A stretch of DNA of 64,000 nucleotides. Origin: the human T2T-CHM13v2.0 reference genome, Homo sapiens. Below, piece after piece: positions 30,578 through 43,440 of this stretch. The translations under genes and the position numbers were made by a program. The notes below the pieces were generated by a model that saw only the letters and a list, made by a program, of their open reading frames with translations, had not been told where the DNA came from and did not search any database. Each line of letters begins with the position of its first letter. The first letter of the stretch is position 1. The DNA lies in the NCBI RefSeq assembly GCF_009914755.1, contig NC_060931.1; one strand, given 5' to 3'.

Positions 30578-31135
30578 TAGTTACTCCATATAAAACTGGT
30601 CTCGGTCAACGATGGAGCACATGTGTGACAGTGGTCCCAGATTACAATGGAGTTGAACATTTCCTATCACACAGTAACTCATAGCTGTTGCAGCACTGTA
30701 GCATAATATTTAAAATAAGCTTAATTTAGCATAACTTAAGTATACAATGTTTACAAATTCTATAGTAATAGTATACAACAATGTCCTAGGCCTTCATGTT
30801 TACTCATCACTCACTGACTTGCCCAGAGCAACCTCCAGTCCTGCAAGCTCCATTCATGGTAAGAGCCCTATACAAGTATACCATTTTTATCTTTTATGCT
30901 ATATTTTTACTGTACCTTTATAAATATGTTTAGATACACAAAGAGTTACCATTGTGTTATAATTGTATTAAGTACAGGAATCTGCTACACAGGTTTGTAG
31001 CCTAGGAGCAACAGGCTATACTATTTAGCCTAGGTGTGTAGTAGCCGATGCCACCTAGGGTTGTGTAAGTACACTCTCTAGTATTCACACAATGATGCAT
31101 TTTTCAGAATGTATCTTCTTTGTTATTTATGACTG
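30578..31135 (+). mobile_element. Tigger3-family DNA transposon derivative
   Basis: tcggtcaacgatggagcacat..gacagtggtccc; gcaagctccattcatggtaag; caggtttgtagcctaggagcaacaggctatac; ends atgactg followed by ta. Confidence 0.85.
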
Positions 31136-33039
31136 TACCAAACACTGTTCAGTGACTCTCTAAACATTAAGGAGTCCTTTGAACAAACGAAAATTTGGAA
31201 AGGAAGAATGAAGAGGGTGTGTTCAAGTGTCAAAGTAAACAGCCTAGGAAAGAACCTTCCAAGTTCAAATAAACTAGGCGGAAAATGCTGGAAAGACATT
31301 TAGGAACAAATGAGTATGTGCTATTCCCATTTACACTAACTGCCATCACAATTTCTTCTGTGATTCAAACTGATTAATCCAAACTTGTTTTCCCCGGAGC
31401 CTATCAACTAATAAACAGTCCCTACGGACATATTCTTTTGAGTAAATCTGTTAAACACAGAGCTCCATAAATGTATCACAAGGAAAATTACCTCCTCTAA
31501 AAAGCTAGTTATCTAAAAGGCGTGAGTGATCGAAGGAAAAAACATAATACATTTGTCACTCCCATTAGCAATATTAGTGCTAATGAGAAAGTACATGGAC
31601 AAGAACATACACCTCCTAATTTGAATGTGTTACAAATAAAGACTAGATTAGTCACAGCTACTCAGATGAAATTTTAGCACTTAAGGTTGAAATACTACAT
31701 GAGGCAATGCTTATAGTGGTTCTGCAGCACAATTTCAGCTACTTAATTACAGTTTCCAAACCATTTAACACCTCTCAGCACACAGAAGCTAGATGTGTAT
31801 GCATGTGTGCTAGTCAGACAGTTCAAGATTTTAGGTATAACTCAATTATCTGGCATCCCTGGGAAATAAGGTGTTCCATTTAAGTGCATTTTCTATATAA
31901 CCAAGGCCTATCCCTTGATACACTGTGAATCCCTGATTAAATTTTGTGGCCATCTGTAAGGGAAATCTTTCCTCAGAGTATTTCATTCCCTGCATCCTTA
32001 CAGGCAATTGGATTGAAAGTGGTGGAGCGGTTCAGGGGTTTGGTTTTGTTGTAGGAATAAACCATGGCCGTCCTTAGGAATATTCACCACTGAAGCACTT
32101 TAATATAGTTTCTACTTTTTATATTTTCTCTCTTCCTTCAACGTCTGGCTTTCAGCAGTCATTTTTTCCACTACTGCTGTGATGGCTTCTAACAATCACA
32201 AGCCTCCATTATTCACTTCAGTCTAAGAGTTTATTCCATTGACTTGGGTGGAAATAAGTGAGCTTGTTAAGAAAGACATCCTTGACAGGTGTCAATAAAG
32301 CTAGGCATGGGGCATCAGGTGGAAAGTACATGGCTTTACTGAACAAGTTTTATTACCATGCAGGAGTGGATGAGTTAAGGTATTGTTCCACCCGCCCTGT
32401 CAGTTTTCATTTTTAGTAGAAGAGTCCAGGGGAAATCTTAGATCTTGGACTCTGCATCCAAGATCCAAATTCCAATATAACCCAAGAAGCCACTTTCTCA
32501 GTGGCCAGTTTCCTCTCAAAATACTGTAAAACTGATGCTTTCCGATCTTATATGTGCCTGATTTTATTCATTCTTACACAATTCTACCCACTAAAGCATT
32601 ATGATCTATGTGTTCAATTGTAACAAAAAGGTTATGGTGAGGCAACAGTTCTTTGCATTTCTCTCCTCAAATTTGAGACTATATCCAATGTTAAGAAATA
32701 GCTAAATATTGATGATAACAGTTCTTGGATTCATAGTTATCCTTGAAGATAATACTTAAAACAAGGCACTTGATATCTTACAGCTTCATGACAGGGTAGT
32801 TCCCTGCAAGGGTGCAGTTACTGCCTAGGCCCCACATGGATGCTATAATCCTCAGGCCATCCTCAGCTACATGACACTGAGGTGCTCCCTACTTCTCAAC
32901 GGACCCACACTTCAGCTCACAACAATGGCTTTCCTTGTCCTCTTCAAAATACCCCCACTAAGACCATCAGCCACCCACCATAACAGCCATGCCATTCTGA
33001 CACTTCAAACACCACCACCTTATTTCTGATATTTTTATC

Positions 33040-33242
33040 CTCCTTTGCAGTCAATGTTTAATTCTCAAACCCTCCACGTTTACCACTTCCTGGTTATACT
33101 GGGTTCCTTATATTACTGGCAACACCAAAAATGAGGAACACAATACCGTTGGGTTTTAATACCATCATCTCCCCTGCTTCTCCAACTGCTCCTCTGCTAA
33201 GAGCCTGGGATGGCTGAGTGATCTGATGGGGCAGGAGTGCAG
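33040..33242 (+). repeat. Copy 1 of a ~200 bp local dispersed duplication
   Basis: Aligns by eye at roughly 80% identity to 35653-35866. Confidence 0.9.
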
Positions 33243-33399
33243 TCAGGGAGGCACGGAGCCATTTCTGAAAAGCACAGGACGGGATGGGAGATCAACAACA
33301 ACAGCTCTTGGGTTCCCAAGTCCACCTGTGGAATCTGTCTGTGGGTCTGCCAGTCCTGATTAACATTGTCAAAAATAACCATAGCAATAGGAATTTAAC

Positions 33400-33590
33400 A
33401 TAATCATCACAGTTTCAAAGCACTTTCACATATCTCTTCAAACTCTCAAAACAGTTCTCTGAAGTAAGTACCTATGCTCATTTGAAAGATGAGAAAACTG
33501 AGATACAAAGACTGGACTGTGCCCAAAGGAATATATTCAGAAAGCAGTAGAGCTAGAAAGCAAATCACTCTAAGTCACGTGACTTCCTGA
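33400..33590 (-). mobile_element. MIR
   Basis: tttcaaagcactttcacata ... catttgaaagatgagaaaactgagatac ... tgcccaagg. Confidence 0.7.
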
Positions 33591-34559
33591 ACTATCCCTG
33601 CTGGGTCCCTATACAATTCTAGGCCTATATTCATTGGCTGGAAACATTCAGGAGACAACACACTTCTAATAAGAAAGAGCGGTGGAGAGAGGGAAGGGGC
33701 AGAAAGTCACACGGGCAGGAGGAAAGGGGAATACTGTTACAGTCACTAGAAAAACTCTCTACAGTGACTAGTTTATCACCCTTGATACAGACAAGAACAC
33801 GGGTTGATGTAATTATTGATGATGTGTAACAGTTTAATGGAGTATAAAATATATTCTTTTTTTCATAGTTAGTAAAAGTTGTGGAGTTCTTAATGTTGTC
33901 ATATCCACACTGAGCATGTATCCTACCCATCCAGACTTTTGACAGAAGCATCAATTTTCTAAATTGTTCTCTAACAACTACAAGTTAAGAAAGAAGAAAA
34001 TTACTCAGTGTTAATAATTGCAATTCTCTGAAGATTCTAACAGAACCCACTGTAATTTTACATTATTGAATCCTGCGGCTTTATACATTGGAAGAATTTT
34101 CTGTTTCTCCTGTGTTTTTATATTAAAAGAAGATATCCATAAGAAATACATTGAAGAGCTAAAAATAATATGATGGGATCTAGACTGGTATTACAGACAT
34201 GAAGATGCTCTGTGACAACATCTATAAAACATGAATGGAGAAAAACATATAACACAAATGTCCTCTGAAAAAGCACACAAGTAATTCTCTTTGTTCATAA
34301 TGAAATGAAGAAGAGTTGGCTACAATAAGTTCAAAGGTGAATAAACTAACGTGGTTTGTTAATAAGAAAAGCTACATCCCATGTGCAGCCTACCACTAGG
34401 TATCTGGTTTGCTGCAGGAGGTCTCTATTGCTTACAGCATGTCCAACCATGCACAAGTAATAAAGGGTCTGGTTGCAAACAGAGAGAAAGGAACCCAAGC
34501 CAACAATGAGAAGAAAAAATAAAGGATAAAAAATAAGCATGAAAAGATCCTATTTTTTG

Positions 34560-36360
34560 TCTTAACTTAAGCATACTCTAAGAAATAGACCTTTTCATGA
34601 ATAAACTACCTACTATATCTAAATATTAGAAGCACAAAAATTTCAATTTATACATACATTCCAGATACTGCATAAAGGTATCTAAATGCACAAAGAACAA
34701 CAAAGAGACTTGAGTATTTAAAATGCTTAATGAAAAGAGACTAATGTTCGTTTTCAAGAACAGATAAATCATACTAGCAAAGAAATGTTGAAAATTAATA
34801 GTCATGACTGGGGAATTGCCTTGACAAATATTTTTTGAGTGTAAATATACAATAAATAATAATGTTGTGCTGGTTCAAGAATTGGTAAATATACCAATTG
34901 GACAGAATTCAAAGACCAGAAACAGCCTTAATTCTACATGAGAACTTAATATAAAATAGCCAAGACAACTCTAAAGAGAATAGATAAATTACTTATTCAA
35001 AAAGCTACTACTGGCAAAACTGTTTAGAAAAAGCTGGTGAGATACCACATGCCAAAATAAACACAAGACTGAATTAAAATTTCATTAGTAAAAAAATTGA
35101 AAACAAAAGTACAAATAAAGCAGTGATGACTTAAATAAATTTTAAAGGGAGACAAACCACTCTAAGCATATAGTTACTATAAAAGGAAAAGACTGACAGA
35201 TTTGACTATCTAAAAGTAAAACTTATATATGCAAACAATGAGGGGGTCTTATAAAAAATATGTTAAGACATTACTGAAAAGGAAAGTTATGAATGAGCAA
35301 TTCAGGTTAGCCACATATGTCTGGCGATGTCTCTCTATTTCACTATCTGTCTCTTCATCTAAGAACCACAGATAAAAGTGAAATCTTCCTCACTTTCAAA
35401 CTGATAAATAACAACAGAACTTGTAACACCCAATGCTAATAAGTAGGCAAGTAATTCCCACCACATATTGCTGGTAGGAATATAAACTGATAGAAACTTT
35501 CAAGAGAGAAAGTTTTCTCTGTGTGGGCATGAGCTCCTACTAGCATGCATGTACAGAAAGAAAACATTAAAATATACTCTTTAAACAGCAAATTTGCTTT
35601 TAGAAATTTATCAAAAACAGAAAATAAGTCATCAATATCAAGTCATTAATTGCTCCTTAGCAATCAATGTACAATTCTCAAATCCTCCCCTTTAACCAAT
35701 CAATTGCTGACTTCTTGGTGACACAGGGTGCCTTACAACTGCTGGCAACCCAAAAATTAGGAACACAGTACTGTTGGTTTTAATATCATCATCTCCCTTG
35801 ATTCTCCAACTGCTCCTCTATCAAGACTCTAGCAGGGCTGAGTGATCTGAGAGAGCAGGAGTGCAGATTGGCTAAGATTTAGCCAAGAAGACATTCTTCT
35901 TAGCATTGTCGGGAATAGTAAAAAAGGATAAAGAAAAAAAAAAAAGAAAACACCACAAATATCCAAAAATGGAAAAATGGTCAAATATCCAAAATATACA
36001 TTAAAAGAATAGCTGGAATATTAGTAATATGAAAAAAATAGTCACAATACATTGCTATAATAGAAATATTACATTTTTATTGCTGTAAAAAATATTGTTG
36101 TAATAAAATAATTACATTGTTGTAAAAAAAAATGTATAAATAGTAGTAAAATATGAGCCGAAATTTGTACCTCCTCCATCCTATCCATACACTCCCCAGA
36201 AGTATATATGCATGGTAAAAACAGGAATCAAACAGCAAGTATTAACACTAGTCATCAGGAGTGGTAGGATTATGGATGTTTTACGTTTTCAAATCTACTG
36301 GTGCAAATTTTTGTATAATAAACATTTTGTATAATAAACATTTGCATTTGTTTTAATATA
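34560..36360 (+). mobile_element. Ancient L1M (L1ME-like) ORF2-3' region, degraded, carrying an internal insertion
   Basis: A-rich with L1 motifs aaaaggaaaagactgacagatttgacta, attgctggtaggaatataaactg, ttagaaatttatc. Confidence 0.65.
35653..35866 (+). repeat. Copy 2 of the ~200 bp duplication, inside the L1M
   Basis: Shares ttttaata(c/t)catcatctccc, ttctccaactgctcctct, ggctgagtgatctga and gcaggagtgcag with copy 1. Confidence 0.9.
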
Positions 36361-36439
36361 ACTGTCAATATGTTACAAAATTATTATTCCAAAATGAAAG
36401 CCTACTCTAAACTTTCTTTGTTCTCGTTACTTATGAGTA

Positions 36440-36990
36440 CATAAAGAACTTCTTTATTGACTTTATAGGCAGTTACCTAACTGAATTCTCTCAGCTTATA
36501 AAAGTTTGTCAGCTGGCTTTCTTCATTTTGCAGGTATACAATCTAAAAATAATGGAAATTTTACTTCCTCCTTTCCATGTTTTCCCTTCTACTTTTTTCT
36601 CTTGTCTAACGGCATTGGTTAGTACTTCCTGAAAAATATAAAGAATGCATATTTTAATCTGTTCCTGACATTAATGAGAGTGCTTTTTTAAAATTGCCAT
36701 TAAAAATCATGAAGACTTCTTGGGTTTTCATTGTTTTAAAAATTCAGCTTTCAAAAAGGTTCCCCTTAAGCCAGCACTACCTAACATTAAAACGATTAAT
36801 TAAATAAATGTGAAAATACTCAGAAATAATGCTTTTCAAGTAAGGCATGGTATTCCAGAACTTTATTTTTGTGGTAAATAAATATAAAAGAATGGATGAG
36901 ATTTCTTTAATATTGTACATATATGTATAAACATATTCACACAAGTACATATCAATGGGGTTGCCAAGCACCAAAATGAATTCCTATTGT
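36440..36990 (-). mobile_element. Old L1 ORF2 fragment
   Basis: ttttacttcctcctttcca ... ttctcttgtctaacggcattggttagtacttcc ... tgttcctgac, antisense L1 RT-region motifs. Confidence 0.65.
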
Positions 36991-37674
36991 CTATTAAAAG
37001 TTAAAATGGTTTAGATGTGATTAAATGACCTCAAACTTCTTTACAAGTGATAGGTAGGAAGCATGAGAATGGAAAAGACCAAAAGAGGGGTCTGAAGAAA
37101 ACACATATGAGAGTAAGCTGATAAGGTAACATTACTACGAGTTAGTGGTCATTTGTGCAACCCATTTAATAACACTCATCTTGCTTTAATAAAAGTTTTA
37201 AAAGAACTTATAAAAAGAAAAACTAAGATACTTAGATAAATCTTGAAGCTCAACTAAAATGTAGGCATTGACACTAGGCACACAGGAGGTGCTCACAAGA
37301 TTTTCTCAATTAAATTTGAAAAGAAAATGGTATAATGTGCTTTTTTCTTCCTAAAGATTGTTCAATGCAATCTACATAAACACCAGTTAGCAATTATGCT
37401 CATGAACATGAGAAATTCTATGAAGCATAATCTTCAGAGGGCAGAGTTACAAAAGTTCAGATAAACATTTTTATTGAAAATGATAACCAGAACTATCTGT
37501 ATGCACACTGTCCAAAGATACATTCAATAATTATAAAATGCATAAAATTAGACACATTCTTATTACATCAAACATAAAAAATCATACTGATGATTACTAT
37601 ATTTAGACTTGATAAGATATTCTCACGTAACCATTAAGGAATAATTCAATTTAACTAAAAATTTACTTGGCCTT

Positions 37675-37720
37675 TATATATGTGTGTGTGTGTGTGTGTA
37701 TACACACACATATACATATA
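37675..37720. repeat. Compound (TA)/(TG)/(CA) alternating purine-pyrimidine tract
   Basis: Seen directly. Confidence 0.95.
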
Positions 37721-40641
37721 ATGTACACACATTTCTCACTGTTATATACAGACAGAGAGAAAGAGAAAGAGAACAGTGAAAAATTCAAAATTATTTTAAT
37801 ACCTTTGAAATGTACCTGATATATAAAAATAAGCACCAAGCAGTGCCTGGTCCATAGTAGGTACTCTATAAATACTATAGAATAAAAATCAGCCAGTTTT
37901 AAACTACTAGGGCAGGAACATAACTGAGAAGAGCTCCTCTATGGTGTTGCTCAGTTTGCTCAAGATCTGAGTTAAAACTGGAATTTCATGTCATTTGGAG
38001 CTCCACTCAGTAGGGAATGGCAAACATTCAACTTTTATTGTTACAGGTCATTAAGAATTAACTCCAAAAATTTATATCCAAAAATGATGAGTCTCCTAGT
38101 CTAATTTTATAAAAATATATTCCATTTTTAATTAGAGTATAAATATATTGGTTTATAATTTTATAAATATGGAGTAAAACCTGGTATATATCAGACTGAG
38201 CTCCACAGTGATGGATTCTATTTTTATGCAAACTTGCATCTTTATTACTGAGATTATACCCTGAAATATGTGATAGTTTACCAAATGAATGGATGAATAA
38301 ATGAGCGAATTATATTACAATGTATTTAGATAATGTTTTTAATCAGAAGAAATATCTAAATTTTATATTTATTCTTATTGTTTCTTAATGTTCAAATCCA
38401 CAGTAACTTTTATACCACCCTAAAACATTTGCCAAGCTGCTGAGCTTCGACAGTTGTCTCTTCTACCAGAAAATGTACACAAACCACCATACTTTTCTGC
38501 TAAACAGTTATAAACCTTTCCTCTTTCTCAAAAAGTGGACCAATGAGTACTTATTTACAAGACAGATACTAGAAAATCTAATGAAGATTACTGCTTTTTA
38601 CGGAAAATAAATGGTTATTTTTAAAGCAAGTAGACAATTAGATATCTTAATAAAATAACTTTCTTATAATTAGCTAATCACTACTGTTAATGCTTTAAAT
38701 TTATTATTATCATAGTTGAAGGCATAATTTTATTAAACAAAAATTGAATGAAATAAGCCATGTAGTAGAAATAACCAGAAACAGGAGGCACTTTATCTCA
38801 ATATCTAAGCATACCTATTTAGCTTTTGTACTAATTTCTTTTCCTTCCTTCCTTTCAAAACAAATTCACTAACATCTTCACTTTATTTTAAAACTTTACA
38901 CATGAAGTTGGAGTAAAGAAAAAAAACTCTTCTGATGGCCAGTAAGCATGTAAAATAAAAAGTTTCTAAATTATAGCCTGAAAAAATGAGATACCAAACA
39001 AATTCAAAGGAAATACAGAAATGAAAACCACTGTTTTTCTAAGTTTAAAATTCTCTTTTAATAAATATCAAGTTTTACATTTAACAGACATTGAAAGACT
39101 CAAATGTTTAGTATAACTGCTGAATATCTCTATTTTTAAAAGTTACACTTTGAAAACAATATAAATTGATGGCACTACATATAACATTTGATAATGTTAT
39201 AATAAGTAATATCATTGCATTTGATAGTACAGATCTAGATGATGACTATGTTTAAAACAAGCATTAAAACCTTCCTGCCAATTTTCAAATGTTAAACTCC
39301 AAATTTAAAAAAAAATCTATCAGGTAGTCAATTTATGTAATTAAACATTAAATGAAATTTGATTTCCTCCTATGTTGTGCCACTTTAATTACTGTATTTC
39401 AATATGACATACAGATATCATTTAAAATGCCAAAAGGATTATCAACATAAAATAAAAGTGTGACAAGGATCCCACAGTCAGTTGAAAGACACAACCATTG
39501 GGGGGAAAAAGTCACAAATACAAAAATAAATAAATAATATACAAAACTTGCAATGTCATTATCAAACAAGACTAGTTTTTTGTTTTGTTTTCTTTTGTTT
39601 TTAACAAATATACACAATAAACTGAGATTTCCTGTTTTGGGATTTCCTTCTTTGCCTTCCAAAAACTCAAGAAAAATGGGCTCACTACTTTACAGTCACT
39701 CCCCATCTCTAACTCAAAATGTTACTATAGTTTTATTACCCACTGACCTTGACTCTGACTGCTGGCTGTTTCCAAAAATCAAATTTATTCTCAGCTGATG
39801 AAGATTTATCACCTTGGAGGCTGGTCAAAGAGATGTGCTTTTTCATGCAACTCTTGATAGACAGAAAGAAAAGAAAGAGGGGAAGAAAATGGTGGAAGAG
39901 TGAGGGACGGAGAAGGAGAAGGGAGGGTAGGACCGAAACTTCGATAAGGGCAGCTATAGTAGAAAACGTAACAGCTTCCCAAGGAGATTCCTTTGGGAGA
40001 GGGAATATATAATGTGTAATTTTGGTTTATTTTTAAACAATTCATGTGAAATCGCAGTCAGTTCTGCAGGGATGTTTATTACCAACAACGATACCCAAAC
40101 TCAAGAGGAAAAAGTTTCTATGGAAAATCAACTACTAGTGTTCAAGTAACACATGTCTACTGAACATACTATATCAATGGCTTTTTAAGATATTTTTTCC
40201 ACCATTACACACTGACAATTGACTTTTTCACAGCCAAAACTTTAAAATGGCAAAACAGATTTTGAAGACATTTTCTGTAATTAAAACGGCTGCTTAGATG
40301 CTGAGAGAGAAATTCTCAAGGATAATGTTGCTTTTCACTTTTCTCTTAAAAGATTCAAATGAAAGAGAAATGTGTTGAAATCAAGTAATTAGAATTCCAT
40401 TTGGTCCGTCATCCCTTTTCAAAATTTATTTAAAGATTCTAGATTTTACTGACAACTCTTTAGCACCACAATAACTAGGAAAATAATAGTATTTAGTGCT
40501 TTCAAATGAATACATATAATCAAAACGTCAATGTGATTTACAATCGCAAAGGAGTTGTCAAGAAATGTTAAATATCTAAATAGTTTTGAAAATTGGCTTT
40601 GCATCAGAAAGCTCAAATATCATTTTTGAAGACCATATAAC

Positions 40642-40925
40642 TGTGGCAGATACTAACTCTTCATATATCTATCTATAACAGGGCCTCTGAATTTTTGCAT
40701 GGCTCATATCATCCTAGGGAAAAACAAGATATTTCCTAGCTTCCCTTGATGCTGGATATGTATGGGCAACTGAGTACTGACCAACAGAATGTGAAGGAAA
40801 GTGACAAGCACGCCTCCCAGGACTCATCTTAAAAGAGAGAGGACAAACGCCTATTTCCTGCTCCCCTACTCAATCCCACTGCCCGGAACAAGAAGATACT
40901 GAGCTTTCTTGGACCCTGTGGATGA
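40642..40925 (+). mobile_element. LTR33-like (ERVL) LTR fragment
   Basis: tgtggcagatact ... atttcctagcttcccttgatgctgg ... actgagtactgaccaacagaatgtgaaggaaagtg ... tcttggaccctgtgg. Confidence 0.6.
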
Positions 40926-41697
40926 GAAATGAACAAAAATACATACTAATGAAGTTTAAAATCACAAGTTCCATCTTCTAATGAGCCTATGTTTATTTGC
41001 CTAAGTAGCATAACAGTAATTGTTCCAGAATGCAAAAATGTACGAGATGTACTCTGGAAATGGAAAAATACTTTTCTTCAATTCAATGAACAGATTCTGA
41101 ATTTTAAACAACCCAATAATTTTTAAAAGTAACACACCTAGCAAAGAATAAATGCCCTCATATAGTGTCAGTATTTCAAACAAATAAGAGAAACCAATAT
41201 TCAGACCCTAAAGTTAATAAAATATGTCTTAAGACTTGTGAAAATCAAATTATTTGCTTCCTAATCACCAAGAAAAAAATATAGAAAAAAATACCACCTC
41301 TTCACAAAGGAGTTAGGAGTGCAGTATGAAAATTATAATATTGGTAAGGCTACAAAGATCATTGTAGAGTAGCACAGAATGGCTAGTCTAGACACAAAAA
41401 GTAGACACAAGTTAGAAGCTCTGGCCCTTCCAATGGTCAGCTGTATAAACCTGACCACATCAGCTTTCCTCCAGGAGGTTCTCAGTTGTGTTTAGGAATA
41501 TGGGATACTTTGTGTTCTGCCCTCTTCATAATTCTGTTGTAAAACATTAAATATGAAAAAATATATCAGTAGATATTAAAAAAGAGCATCCTTAGTAAAT
41601 ATAACTATTATTCAAATAACTGTGAGAAAAGTATACATTGATTTGCATGTTTCAAAAGTAAAGAGGTCATTTGGCTTTTTTAAAGAAATAAGTCATA

Positions 41698-41830
41698 GTG
41701 AAAAACTAACTATTGGGTACTACATTCACTACCTGGGTGACGGGATCGACTACATGCTAAACCTCAGCATCATGCAATATACCCACATAACAAACATGTA
41801 CAGTGTACCCCCCAGTCCAAAATAGAGTAA
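41698..41830 (+). mobile_element. L1 3' UTR end fragment (older L1PA/L1PB type)
   Basis: aaactaactattgggtactacattcactacctgggtgacgggatc ... aaacctcagcatcatgcaatatacccacataacaaac. Confidence 0.85.
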
Positions 41831-42984
41831 ATGCATTATAAAAAATCTAATAGAGACCTTATCTCACTCAACTTTGACATTTTAGGAAAAAGATGTGGCT
41901 TAATTTGCTTCTCTGAAGATCTCCCCCTCACAACTAAATAAATAACGAGCCTAATATTTACCAGTACTAGTAAAAATGGCATATACCTTACAAAACATTT
42001 GTCATCTTATAAGATGCAAATCACATTGATTCCCTGATTGATCATAAGACAGAGTATGTAAGACAGCCAACGGGCCATCCACACACACCAGGAGGAAGAC
42101 TGTTGTGGAGTTAAGGGTGCTGGCAAACAGCAACTTTAAACATTTTTTTACATTAAATTTGTTATTTTTTAAAGAAGGTTTTTTTTCATTAACTATTTTA
42201 GAAAGCCTGAAAAAGTAATTCCCAGATAGCACATTAAATGCTGTGAATTATGTTATACTCCATAGTAGGTTGCTATGTGGTTTCTTGATTTTATCAAAAT
42301 TACATCCAAGGGAATGAAAACCATTTGTCTACATTTAAAATTCCTCATCTCTACAACTCAATATTTTTCCTTGATGCATTCTAAATGCCCTAGTAGAAAT
42401 TATTTTGAAAAGAAACCATTAAAGGTATGCTAATGACTCTGAATTGTGACAGATGCTAGGGAAACAGGCCTGTTGGCTGAGGCACAGCACCCTTAACCAT
42501 CTATCATAAAGTACTCCGGACCTGCTCATTCATTACTGCTGTGTTGCTCAAGGGGAGAGAAAAACAGCAAGAGTTTCTCTTTCTGAGGCAAAAATCATAA
42601 GCCACTCACTAATTCTAATGTCATGATCCCCCACTGTTTGTCTGCATGATAATTAGGAAAATCAGAAGTAGTGAAATATTGTTTTAAGAACGTGATCAGA
42701 ATTAAACTGTTGAAAAGGCCAAGGAGGAAACTCCACACATCAACTAGTGGGTCTCCAAAACTAGATACTAACTGTAGGCAAAAGAAATCCTATTTCCTAG
42801 GAATGAATCAAGAAATAGAGTCCCTGGCTTTACAGGGAGGGGTGCAAGGAGAAGGGAAGTATTTAGAAAGAAGCAATAGAAACACATCATTACTCTGAGA
42901 ATCTTCTTTCTATAACCTGTTGGGAATATTTGTTGATCAACCATTTGGATGAGGTGCACTGATCCAGCCACTGTGGGAAACACA

Positions 42985-43199
42985 TATACGAAGCCATATA
43001 ACTACACTTTGGTCAGTGACAGACTGCATACTGAACGGTGACTGTGCATGGTTATACCATATAGCCTAGGTATGTAGGGTATGTAGTAGGATATACCATC
43101 TAGGTTTGTGTAAGTACATTATATGATGTTGACACAACAACAAAATTGCCTAATGATGCATTTCCCAGAACATATCCCTGTCGCTAAGCTATAGGACTG
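42985..43199 (+). mobile_element. Short Tigger3 derivative
   Basis: tataccatatagcctagg ... ctaggtttgtgtaagtac ... aattgcctaatgatgcatttcccagaacatatccctgtcg. Confidence 0.85.
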
Positions 43200-43239
43200 G
43201 ATATCAAAAATATATTTATTAAGAAATATAGAATTTGCA

Positions 43240-43440
43240 GTTTTACAAAGTGCTTGCTTATATTAATACATTGCCTCATTTGATCCTACCAAGAAAGCTA
43301 TGATGAAAATGCCATCTTGATTTCAGAGGAGAGGAAACTGAAGCTCAGGTAAGTGAGGTGACTAGCTAAACATCACAAGCTCATTAGTTGAAGAGCCCAT
43401 AAATCATGTCTTTTGTCTCTAAAGCCAGTGCTCTCTTCTC
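43240..43440 (-). mobile_element. MIR
   Basis: ctcatttgatcctac ... gaggaaactgaagctcaggtaagtgaggtgactagc. Confidence 0.75.

Noticed and set aside
36309-36340. 16-bp tandem duplication, and a similar one at 50693-50726
   Set aside because: Ordinary slippage duplications with no sign of function.
42985-43199. Similarity to 30578-31135 suggesting a local duplication
   Set aside because: Explained by independent Tigger3-family insertions.
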